The notes under the pieces are model-generated. The model saw nothing but the letters and a program-made list of their open reading frames with translations. It did not search any database and was not told the DNA's origin. DNA of 64,000 nucleotides from NCBI GenBank assembly GCA_963662465.1, contig OY759599.1, positions 7,168,001-7,232,000 of the forward strand, read 5' to 3'. Source of the DNA: Desulfatiglandales bacterium (lineage in GTDB: Bacteria > Desulfobacterota > DSM-4660 > Desulfatiglandales > Desulfatiglandaceae). The stretch's first letter is position 1. Each line of letters starts with the position of its first letter. The translations under genes and the position numbers were made by a program. Positions 39,675 to 48,765 of the stretch are shown here, in pieces.

Positions 39675-40086
39675 AAAAAGCCTCCAGCCGTTCCTGTTCA
39701 AGTAACTCCGCCTGGCTTATCATGAACTCATTGGCTATAAAATACCTGGTAAGGTCTTCGATCTTTTCGACCAAAAGGGCGGGAGATTCATTCTTTATCA
39801 GTATCCCTTTATTCACGGCGTCATAAAGAACTTCAGGGTCTGCCTCCTCAAGATCGAAAAACAGAATATCTATTTGATTTTCACTCGCATTCTGTGATTT
39901 AGCAATCCGGTTATGCAACTCAAAATACGCCGTATTTAGATCTATATGGGGGTAGAGCAGCACAAGTATATCAAGGTCATTGACAACCGGCGCCTCTGCA
40001 ACGGCGGAACCAAATACATAGGCTGCGGCCACCTCCGGCGAGTTCAGCAAAACTCGCCCTAATCTATCAAAATCATATTTTTTCAC
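39661..40086 (-). CDS. MntA-like minimal nucleotidyltransferase antitoxin
   Basis: AYVFGS...DLDILV motif; start uncertain (GTG 40086 or ATG 40137). Confidence 0.82.
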   Translation of the reverse strand: MKKYDFDRLGRVLLNSPEVAAAYVFGSAVAEAPVVNDLDILVLLYPHIDLNTAYFELHNRIAKSQNASENQIDILFFDLEEADPEVLYDAVNKGILIKNESPALLVEKIEDLTRYFIANEFMISQAELLEQERLEAFCADQ

Positions 40087-40298
40087 GGTTGAATTCCTAT
40101 AGGCCACGTCCACTTTTGAGTCAAGGCTTTTCCCCATTACGGCTTTTGCTTGACATAAATCCATAGTGGGATAGATTGACAACAAATACCATCCGGGGGC
40201 GAAGCATTATTCGCTCCCGGACGCAAAATGCGATGAAAAAGATCCATTCATATCCTGAAACGGAGCCGGCGTCAACCGATACGCCCTGAAATGATGAC

Positions 40299-41636
40299 AT
40301 GACCCATACCAAGTCCCTTTTTATGATCAGCCTCGGCTGCGCCAAAAACCTGGTGGATACGGAACATATGCTGGGCATCCTCGACCGCGATGGTTATGAG
40401 GTGGTTTCCGACATCGAAAAGGCCGGGGTGGTGGTGATCAACACCTGCGGTTTTCTTCAGGAAGCCGTACAGGAAGCCATTGATACGATTCTGGATGCGG
40501 CCCGCTTTAAGGAGTCGGGAACGCTCAAAAAACTGGTGGTGGCCGGTTGCTTTGTGCAACGCTACGGGTACAAACTGAGAAACGAAATGCCCGAGGTGGA
40601 TGCCTGGCTCGGCACTGGTGAAATCCATCGGATTGCGGAAGTTATCGAGGGATTTAATGAATCTGTCGCCCCCATGTTGATCAGTCGTCCGGTTTTTCCG
40701 GCGGATCATCATCTCCCCAGAATTCAATCCACGCCCTTTTACACGGCGTACTTGAGAATTGCCGAAGGCTGTGCCAACAGGTGTAGTTATTGTTTGATTC
40801 CCAAGCTTAGAGGTCCCTTTCGAAGTCGCACTATAGATGCCCTGCTCGCGGAGGCATCGGAGATGGCCGCTTCCGGCGTAAAGGAAATCAACCTGATTGC
40901 TCAGGATACCAGCCGGTACGGGGAAGACATCTATGGCAAAAGTCGTATTATGGATTTGCTGGCGGGTCTTTCTCGCATTGAGGGGATTTTCTGGATTCGT
41001 CTGCTTTATTTTCATCCCGGTCGTTTGACGGAGGTGTTTCTGGATTTCATGGATGCAACCGAACGGATCGTTCCCTATCTGGACCTCCCTTTTCAGCATT
41101 CCGATCCAATACTTCTCAAGGCCATGAGACGGGATCCGGGAAAAAGGCCCTGGGATCTGGTAACCATGATCCGGAACCGCAAGCGAAAGATCCATGTTCG
41201 TACATCGCTCATGGTGGGATTTCCCGGAGAGACTGATGAGATGTTTGAAGAACTCTGTGATTTCGTTAAAATGGCGCAATTCGAACACCTGGGGGTGTTT
41301 GTTTTCAGCCCGGAAAAGGGGACGCCCGCTGCCCGCTTTCCTGACCAGGTGGATGGCGAAGTTGCTTTTAAACGACGGGAGCAACTCATGCAGCTTCAGG
41401 CCGATATTTCAAAAAAACATCACCGGCAACTGGTGGGCCGGGTATTGCCCGTCCTGGTGGAAGGCGAAAGTCCTGAAACCGATCTGTTGCTGGCGGGAAG
41501 AACGGCATCAATGGCTCCTGATGTGGACGGCCAAGTTTTGATCAATGACGGTGAAGGGGTCGTTGGCGACATATTGCCGGTGCTGATTACCGAAGCGCAT
41601 GCGTATGATCTGGTGGGTAAGATTTTGACGGAATGA
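40299..41636 (+). CDS. rimO: Ribosomal protein S12 methylthiotransferase
   Basis: SLGCAKNLVDTE, NTCGFL, YLRIAEGCANRCSYCLIP, APDVDG TRAM domain. Confidence 0.95.
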   Translation: MTHTKSLFMISLGCAKNLVDTEHMLGILDRDGYEVVSDIEKAGVVVINTCGFLQEAVQEAIDTILDAARFKESGTLKKLVVAGCFVQRYGYKLRNEMPEVDAWLGTGEIHRIAEVIEGFNESVAPMLISRPVFPADHHLPRIQSTPFYTAYLRIAEGCANRCSYCLIPKLRGPFRSRTIDALLAEASEMAASGVKEINLIAQDTSRYGEDIYGKSRIMDLLAGLSRIEGIFWIRLLYFHPGRLTEVFLDFMDATERIVPYLDLPFQHSDPILLKAMRRDPGKRPWDLVTMIRNRKRKIHVRTSLMVGFPGETDEMFEELCDFVKMAQFEHLGVFVFSPEKGTPAARFPDQVDGEVAFKRREQLMQLQADISKKHHRQLVGRVLPVLVEGESPETDLLLAGRTASMAPDVDGQVLINDGEGVVGDILPVLITEAHAYDLVGKILTE

Positions 41637-41787
41637 AGAAATTCCATTTGTGGATGCTGGAAAATGGGTTGTAAATTTTCAGAAGGTGAATTATCATAAA
41701 AAGTTAACCGGCTGAGACGGCGCCAAATAGAGGGTCCGTTCCAGAGGGAATGGAAGATCAACAGAGGAAAGGAAATCTGAAACATTA

Positions 41788-42768
41788 ATGATGAATGCGG
41801 AAATTCCAAATCTTGCATTGTTTGAAGAGCATTTTGAGAAGATTAACCGGGAGTTGGACAAGGTATTTAAGTCCCGTGTCCCCCTGGTTGAAGAAATCGG
41901 GAAATATGCCCTCCTGGGCCAGGGAAAACGGCTCAGGCCGCTCATTTTTATCCTTTCCAGCCAATTATGCGGTTATCAGGGTAAGAATTTGTATCCTCTT
42001 TCGACGGTCTTTGAGTATATTCACACCTCTTCTCTTCTTCATGACGATGTCCTGGACAATGCTGAAATCCGGAGGAGGAAGCCCTCCTCTAATCAAATAT
42101 GGGGGAATCAGGCGGCAGTGCTGGAGGGGGATTTTCTGTTTTCCAAAGCCTTGTCCATTGCGGTTTCAGCCAATAGTATCCCCTTCATAGCAGCGCTTAC
42201 CAATGCCACCATGCACATGTCGGAAGGGCAAATACTGGAATTGATTCACACCGACGATCTGGAAACCGGGCGGGACAGTTATCTGAAGATCATCGCTGCC
42301 AAAACCGCCATTCTGATTTCAGCGGCGTGCGGTTGCGGGGCCATTGTTTCGGGAAGTGATGCCGATACGGAAGCGGCTTTGACCCGGTTTGGTCGGTCCG
42401 TGGGCATTGCCTTTCAGTTGGTGGATGACCTTCTGGACTATACCTCTTCAGAAGAAATATTCGGAAAGCCGGTGGGAAAAGATTTGCTGGAAGGAAAAAT
42501 TACGCTTCCCCTTATTTACACCCTAGCTGAACTTGAACCCGATGAAAAAACGAAATTTGCGGCGTTGTTCAAAAACCGCAAAGCAGATCAGGATGCCTAT
42601 CAAACGTTGCTGGATTGGGTGAGGCGTGGCGAGGTTCTGGGAAAAGTCAGGGAAGAAGCACAGGGGTATGTAGATGATGCAGCCATGTGCCTGAAAAGGT
42701 TCCCCGATTCTTCGGTCAAGGCAAGCCTGTTGACGCTTATCCAATACATTATTGATCGGACCTACTGA
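41788..42768 (+). CDS. ispB: Polyprenyl (octaprenyl-type) diphosphate synthase
   Basis: GKRLRP, LLHDDVLD, FQLVDDLLD, GKDLLEGKITLP. Confidence 0.85.
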   Translation: MMNAEIPNLALFEEHFEKINRELDKVFKSRVPLVEEIGKYALLGQGKRLRPLIFILSSQLCGYQGKNLYPLSTVFEYIHTSSLLHDDVLDNAEIRRRKPSSNQIWGNQAAVLEGDFLFSKALSIAVSANSIPFIAALTNATMHMSEGQILELIHTDDLETGRDSYLKIIAAKTAILISAACGCGAIVSGSDADTEAALTRFGRSVGIAFQLVDDLLDYTSSEEIFGKPVGKDLLEGKITLPLIYTLAELEPDEKTKFAALFKNRKADQDAYQTLLDWVRRGEVLGKVREEAQGYVDDAAMCLKRFPDSSVKASLLTLIQYIIDRTY

Positions 42769-42789
42769 GAAACCGGTTTGACCTCACCA

Positions 42790-43554
42790 TCAGATTTGGA
42801 GTTGCAGTAGATCTTCTCCCAGGGTGAGTTCTCCATTCCAGGTCCTTCGGCATTGGGTTGCAATGTCCGTTTTTAAACATTCTGGATAAAAGTGCGTCAA
42901 AACCAGACGTTTGACTCCGGCAAGGCGGGCCATGCAACCGGCCAGGGAAGGGGTGAGATGCCCCTCCATGGGATGATCGTCGGGAAAGGCCGCTTCAAGA
43001 ATTAGAAGGTCCACGTCCTTTGCCAGGTCAATGATACTTTCGCAGAAACCCGTATCACCGGAGAAAACCACCCGTTTTCCCACCCTGTTCTCGATTCGGT
43101 AGGCAAGGCTGTTGGGCGTATGGTTGCTGGGAGCGGTCTTCAAAGTGAAATTGCCATAATCCCGTTCATTGCTGCCGTCAGTCTCCAGTTCTTCAATCTG
43201 CATGATTTCCGAGGGGATATCCAGCCATTGAGGATAAGCGCATTGAAGGGTGTGGATGAATGTCCGAAGCCCGGTAGGGCCGTATAGGGTAAAGGGAGAC
43301 CTTGTTTTCAAGACGTTCGGATTTTTGGTCGCAAATAAAAAATGGATCAGATCCGCTGTATGGTCCGGATGAAAATGGGTGATAAATACGCTCCCTATTT
43401 TTTCGTGCGAAATGCCCAACCGCACCAACTGACGCAGGGTTCCCGGACCCATATCCAACAGGATGGGGCGATCGTCAACAAACACGGCGACGGAAGGGGA
43501 AGCCCGATCTTTTATGGGGATGGCGGTGCCCGAACCTAAAATGACGACTTGCAT
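42790..43554 (-). CDS. MBL-fold metallo-hydrolase (RNase Z/AtsA-like)
   Basis: ILGSG, THFHPDH, FSGDT, GHLTP, LTHFY. Confidence 0.88.
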   Translation of the reverse strand: MQVVILGSGTAIPIKDRASPSVAVFVDDRPILLDMGPGTLRQLVRLGISHEKIGSVFITHFHPDHTADLIHFLFATKNPNVLKTRSPFTLYGPTGLRTFIHTLQCAYPQWLDIPSEIMQIEELETDGSNERDYGNFTLKTAPSNHTPNSLAYRIENRVGKRVVFSGDTGFCESIIDLAKDVDLLILEAAFPDDHPMEGHLTPSLAGCMARLAGVKRLVLTHFYPECLKTDIATQCRRTWNGELTLGEDLLQLQI

Positions 43555-43615
43555 GTTTTAACTCCCTGGCAGCTTTGAATTTTTATTGTGAATTTTGAGG
43601 AGAAAAGTAAAGCCC

Positions 43616-44278
43616 ATGTTTTCCATGTCATCTTTCCATCAGAAATATAAAACCGATATCTCGCCCCTTGTCATTGGGGATCGCCGGTTTCAATTTTTTG
43701 TTCCCAAATCCCTCGATCCTTTTTTGGATCCCGATGATGTCTTCAAGGAGTTTCCCCTGTGGAGTAAAATATGGGAAGCATCCATTGTTCTGGCCAATCA
43801 CATGGCGGCCATGCCCGTTGACCCCCCAAAGCATCTGTTGGAAATCGGCTGCGGCATCGGTCTGGTGGGGGTTGTCGCCGCCGGTTGCGGGCATCGGATC
43901 ACCATGACCGAGTATAATCAGGATGCCCTCAATTTCGCACGGGCCAACGCTCGTGTCAACCATACTTCCGAATCCTCGGAACTTAATATTACCGAGCTGG
44001 ACTGGACAAAACCGGGCCTTGTGGGGAAATTTGACATGATATTGGGCTCGGAAGTGATCTATAAAGAAGAATATTTTGAGCCCCTTCTTGGGTTGTTCAA
44101 ACGCTATTTAAAACCCGGGGGGGAAATCATCCTGGCTGAGGGTCTCCGGAAAACGAGCTTGGAATTCTTTAAAAGGATGTCGGATATTTGCGATATTACG
44201 GCCCGGAAAAGGATACTGCGCTCAGAAGGTAAGGAAAAGCGGATTATTCTGGCCGGCATGCGGTTTAAAAATGCTTAA
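43616..44278 (+). CDS. Class I SAM-dependent methyltransferase (Methyltransf_16/METTL21-like)
   Basis: KIWEASIVLA, LEIGCGIG, LDW, ILGSEVIY. Confidence 0.85.
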   Translation: MFSMSSFHQKYKTDISPLVIGDRRFQFFVPKSLDPFLDPDDVFKEFPLWSKIWEASIVLANHMAAMPVDPPKHLLEIGCGIGLVGVVAAGCGHRITMTEYNQDALNFARANARVNHTSESSELNITELDWTKPGLVGKFDMILGSEVIYKEEYFEPLLGLFKRYLKPGGEIILAEGLRKTSLEFFKRMSDICDITARKRILRSEGKEKRIILAGMRFKNA

Positions 44279-44323
44279 AAAGGACAAAACCCGAACCAGT
44301 TGTTTTGTTATGGCACGCGGTTC

Positions 44324-44481
44324 AGGACCTTTTCAAAGAGTATGTTCAGATAGTCTTTGTCGTCATCCACAAAAAGAACATGATTTTGGGTGAAGTCTTC
44401 CTTTTCAGCGCGCGCGTCGCTCCACGATTTTTTGATGTCGTCAAATTTTGAAACAGACAAAATGAATGCATTCAGATTCAC
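44324..44481 (-). pseudogene. Remnant containing the start of a receiver domain
   Basis: Minus frame ...NHVLFVDDDKDYLNILFERS-stop, abutting the outer TIR. Confidence 0.4.
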
Positions 44482-45174
44482 CTTGTAACTTATCGTTCGC
44501 GTTTTAAATTTGCACTTCGATTAATTTCGAAATCTGGTAGAGGGTACCTCTCTTGGCAGGGGGAAAAGTTATTTCCGGAAAGCCTACCAGGAGTCTTTTT
44601 GAGCAACATGCATCCATGGGTTAGTAAAGCCTGAAAAACAACACACGTCGAATATTGGAACAACACAATAGGGCAGAAAATGGAATGGATCGTGCGTAAA
44701 ACACCATCGTTCCATATCTCCAACAATCATATAAATTGTCGTAAAATCTGTATTTCAATTGTGACAACCTGTAAGGACTATGACGATAATATTTTACTAT
44801 TGCATAACTTCTAAATTATCGTATATAGAAGTGCTAAGTCCAAAGTGTTTTAGAATTTCACGTTGCAATTGAGAAAGTGGGGTTAGATGTCTTATCACAC
44901 TATCTCCTGTTTCAATTATCGTTAATGTAATTTTGCTGAAAGCATTTAATAGCTTCTCACACGTTGGATTGTTCGTAGCTTTCTTGGGATTTCCCAGGTG
45001 CAATCCAACAAGCTTTTCGTCGCTTCTTGCTAATGAGCGGCGAACAACAAATTCAACCAGAGTAATTACCCTGACTCCTATCATCAGAAGATGCGTTATT
45101 CCTTTAACTTGAAAGCATAGGAATTTCCATTTTTGATTTGGCATATCAAATAGTTGTTGCAGTGATGGCATCAA

Positions 45175-46509
45175 ATGTGTCAAAAAAAGCACATTATGCA
45201 TATGCCATCAAACCAAAAAATTGATAAGGAGACTTTCCGGACGATTTTTATTGATCATTGGGAATCATTCAAAGAGCATCATCCAGGGTATGATAATTCG
45301 CAATATGAAGATCCGGTTCAGAAAATGCTTGGTTGCGGCAAGGAAAGCGCCGGATATAGCGAGCACCGGTGTGTTTATTGCGGTGGTGATGTTCGCCGGA
45401 TAGGTTTTAGTTGCAAGAGCTGTTTTTGTTTATCCTGCGCCAAGAAATATGTTGACGATTTTGTCAGTCAAGTGAGTAGGGTGCTTCATGGGGGCATGAA
45501 TTACCGTCACATTGTTTTGACAATTCCCGAGCAACTGAGAATCGTTTTTTATAAGGCTCGAAATGATGGACGTTTGTTATCGGCTTTTATGAGATGCGGG
45601 TACGAATGTTTGGAGGATGTTGTCGGAACGGTTCTTCGGCGGAAACTGAAAATAGGAACGATCGTCGTTGTTCAAACGCATGGTCGATCCGGTCATTATA
45701 ATCCGCATTTGCATATCATCATGACAAGCGGTGGGATAAATGAAGATCTGTGCGGTTGGTTTGATTTAAGGTTCTTCAAGTATGAGATTATACATAAGAA
45801 ATGGCAGTATCATCTATTCAGAATGCTCAAGTCCCATTTTAACAGCAGTGCGGTCGATAAACTTATTGATGAGCTGTGGAAAAAATACCCTAAAGGTTTG
45901 GTAGCCAATGTGAGCAAGGGTAATGTTCCTGAGACATGTGGGGGTCTGGCGCGATATTTGGCGAAATATGTTGCATCTCCTCCGATAGCTCTGAGACGGA
46001 TAATCAGTTATGATGGCCAATATGTTACCTATTGGTACAATGATCACATGACAAAATCCAGGAAGGTTGAAACCGTGGAAGTGGATGTTTTTATCGGTCG
46101 AATGGTTCAACACATAATGCCCAAAGGGTTCCAGCGGGTTCGTTATTATGGGCTACAGGCTACGAAAACTTTTAAGAAATGGTCGGAAGTAATACGGAAA
46201 GGGATGAAGGCTTTGGGGCGTGGGATTAAAGGAACGTATCAAGTCGTAAAAGCGAAAAGATATCGAGAACGTTATAAGGAGATCAGCTCTCAAGATCCTT
46301 TTTTGTGTCGTTATTGTGGCCATGAAATGGTGCTATGGAAGATATGGCATCCAAAATATGGAGTTTTATATGACGAATATGAAAACATCAAAAACGACAG
46401 GTACGGCACGGTTACAGGACAAAATGACAGCGGGGGTGGAAGGCGAGGACTTCCCGTTCGGCCCTCCTCCGGAGGAATATCCTTACCGTTGTTCCCATTG
46501 CCGGCATGA
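45175..46509 (+). CDS. IS91-family Y2/HUH transposase
   Basis: Zn domain C..C...SCKSCFCLSC, HIVLTIP, NPHLH (HUH), RYLAKY (Y2), FQRVRYYG; start may be 45196 or 45202. Confidence 0.92.
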   Translation: MCQKKHIMHMPSNQKIDKETFRTIFIDHWESFKEHHPGYDNSQYEDPVQKMLGCGKESAGYSEHRCVYCGGDVRRIGFSCKSCFCLSCAKKYVDDFVSQVSRVLHGGMNYRHIVLTIPEQLRIVFYKARNDGRLLSAFMRCGYECLEDVVGTVLRRKLKIGTIVVVQTHGRSGHYNPHLHIIMTSGGINEDLCGWFDLRFFKYEIIHKKWQYHLFRMLKSHFNSSAVDKLIDELWKKYPKGLVANVSKGNVPETCGGLARYLAKYVASPPIALRRIISYDGQYVTYWYNDHMTKSRKVETVEVDVFIGRMVQHIMPKGFQRVRYYGLQATKTFKKWSEVIRKGMKALGRGIKGTYQVVKAKRYRERYKEISSQDPFLCRYCGHEMVLWKIWHPKYGVLYDEYENIKNDRYGTVTGQNDSGGGRRGLPVRPSSGGISLPLFPLPA

Positions 46510-46660
46510 AATGAAGGTAAATGAAGCGATAATAGACGTCGAGATTGCAAAAGCAGAATATGAAGGAAGGAATGTGGAAGGCTTTATGCCCATTCTCGGT
46601 TGCCCTCAGTGCAATCGAGAAACAATGAAATATGCGCAAGGTAGAAAGCCCGCGCGTTAG
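46424..46660 (+). CDS. Small Zn-ribbon protein within the IS91-like element
   Basis: RBS AGGA, ATG 46424; CSHC...CPQC; overlaps the transposase 3' end. Confidence 0.6.
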   Translation: MTAGVEGEDFPFGPPPEEYPYRCSHCRHEMKVNEAIIDVEIAKAEYEGRNVEGFMPILGCPQCNRETMKYAQGRKPAR

Positions 46661-48765
46661 CGCGCTAAGTTCATCTTCCCTTTTTACGTAAAATGGAGCG
46701 ATGTTTAGCCTACTTTTCAGTCGGTTAAATATTCGTTCAACCCGGTATTGTTTTCGATAAGACCTAACTACATCAATAAAATCAAGTCGCTCCTTTGATA
46801 CATCTGTAACATAGGCCTTCCACCCATACTTCTTCTTCTCCGCATCTATTGCTTCCTTAATCCGTGTCACTTTTGTTATTTGATAACGTATTCTTTCTTC
46901 AACCTTTTTCTCTCTTTTGACACTCCCTCTACCTTTACCAATATATTTCGTTTTACTTTCTACTTCCCGCACATATTCATATTTAAGGAAATCTTTCACC
47001 CTATGTTTTTTCAAAATCGATTTTGCTGATTCTATTAATTTTTCTCTTTCTTTGATCTGCCTTTTCCCCGGGCCTCTTGGTGGTGTCAGAGCATATAATT
47101 TTTCCTCGGCGCTTTTAAGCCGTCGTTCCAATCCCAGTTCTTTTTGCTTTTCATACGCTGGTGATTTTACAATCAATACGCGTTCCTTCCATTTCAGCAC
47201 TTTTCCATTTATTTCACCAGATTGGTTACGCTCTATCTCATACCCTTTTGCTTTCAGTTCCTCTTGACCTTTATCGTCTTGGACGATGTACTTTATCAAC
47301 TCGTTCTTTTTGTCTTTCAAATTTCCTTCATCTATCCATTTCTCCATATATTCTGGGGTTTTCCCAGTATTAGGCAATGGACATAAGTAATGTCCTTCCG
47401 CTTTTTCCTTAATGTGTAAACGATTTTCAAGAGAACTCAGTTTGCAATCGCCCACATAAAGGACACCTTGTTTCTGGAGCATAGAGTGAATGCGACTTAT
47501 GATAGGTGCATACAATTTGTCATCGGCCATTTGCCCTGGAACAACATCCGTGGCTAACGGCATCCCAAGAGGATCCAGCGAACCCGTCATGATTTTTATT
47601 TGCGGTCTATTGGGGTCGTCTTTACTAACACCAAATTGGAATATCCCACCTTCAACTGTTTTGTGGTAGCCGGATACAGTCGTAGCATCAACCCTGACAG
47701 TTTCTTCCGGCAACTCATATGCTTCAATCGTATTGCCACTTATTCTCTCTTCAACTTTGCTCCAAATATCGTTATCGCTTAAATACCTGGCAAGATTCGC
47801 TAAACGATCGTCTGTGAAATCATTTTCGGAGATTATCAATCCTGTTAATTCGATTAAGGTATGCCGCATTCCAGATACATATTCCCGGACGACTACTTTG
47901 CGATGGTCTCCCTCCGATAACATATATGCCAACCATATAACAGCCGTCCATCCCCAGCTCAAATCTCTTTGGTTCTTTTGAACTGGGATGTGTTGGTCTA
48001 TAGCTTCTTGTATACCCATTTTCACCATGGCCTTTATCAATAGGGGTATATCGTCAACTCTTTCTGCTGTAACGTTAATCTTTTTGACCTTTTTCCTTTT
48101 GTTTGCAATGTGAGAGGCATCATCATCCGATGATAGAGTTCCCTCACGCTTTTTCTTGGCAGTTTTCGTTTTATTTGATTTTTTCTTTTTTTTTCGTTTC
48201 CTTACAGGTGCTGATTTTTTACCTTCTTCCAGCCTGTTTCGTTCAAGCTTTGGGATTTTCTGCCGATCATTCTTCTGACCGAAAGGTCTGGGTTGATTTT
48301 CAGATTGACCAGTTTGTTGATTTGATGATGCACCGGCATTTATATTATTTCCAGTACCTGCTGAAACAGGTGATGCCTGCACCTTTGAAAAACTGCAAAA
48401 CCAAACCAAAAAACACACTGATGCGAAAATGAACACATGCGTCACATGTCGGTTCATATAGTTCCCCTGTTATTTCAAGTGGTTGTAATGTTGGGAAACT
48501 AATATAATACAAACAGCTGTGAATGTCCATCGTTATTCCAGCATGTTATCGTATTGTTTTTGAATCCATTAAAAAATAATAATAGCTATGAATTACGACA
48601 ATTTCGAATCAATCTATCAAGGCGCTCGTTCCTGTTCCCCTTATGGGCCTGTATCCTTACCGGGGATGTACTACCAATGCCTCTGATATCGTATTTTATC
48701 GTGGAGATGTTGTTCCGCCAAGTAAGTGCTGCCTGCCTCCTCGGCAAAATTTGCAGAACTTATTT

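Larger units (their letters stand above)
45112..46672 (+). mobile_element. IS91-family rolling-circle element
   Basis: Inserted 3' of CTTG (45108-45111); ends in GTTC (46669-46672); no target duplication; ATAGGAATTTCC ori-like end; GCGCG-TTAG-CGCGC hairpin at the other end. Confidence 0.85.
44797..48457 (-). pseudogene. IS1634-family transposase split by the IS91-like element
   Basis: ERVDDIPLL, VDATT, FGVSKD, YVGDCK, Y..QYRVERIF; removing 45112-46672 rejoins ...KRED|QVKGITHLL in frame. Confidence 0.9.
44729..48609 (-). mobile_element. IS1634-family insertion sequence (interrupted)
   Basis: AAATTGTCGTAA (44733-44744) / TTACGACAATTT (48593-48604) inverted repeats; candidate CAATC duplication at 44724-44728 and 48610-48614. 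Confidence 0.7.

Noticed and set aside
46412..46672. C-terminal 86 aa of the 681-aa ORF
   Set aside because: Readthrough into the antisense strand of the IS91-like element; the true C-terminus is at 44797-45111
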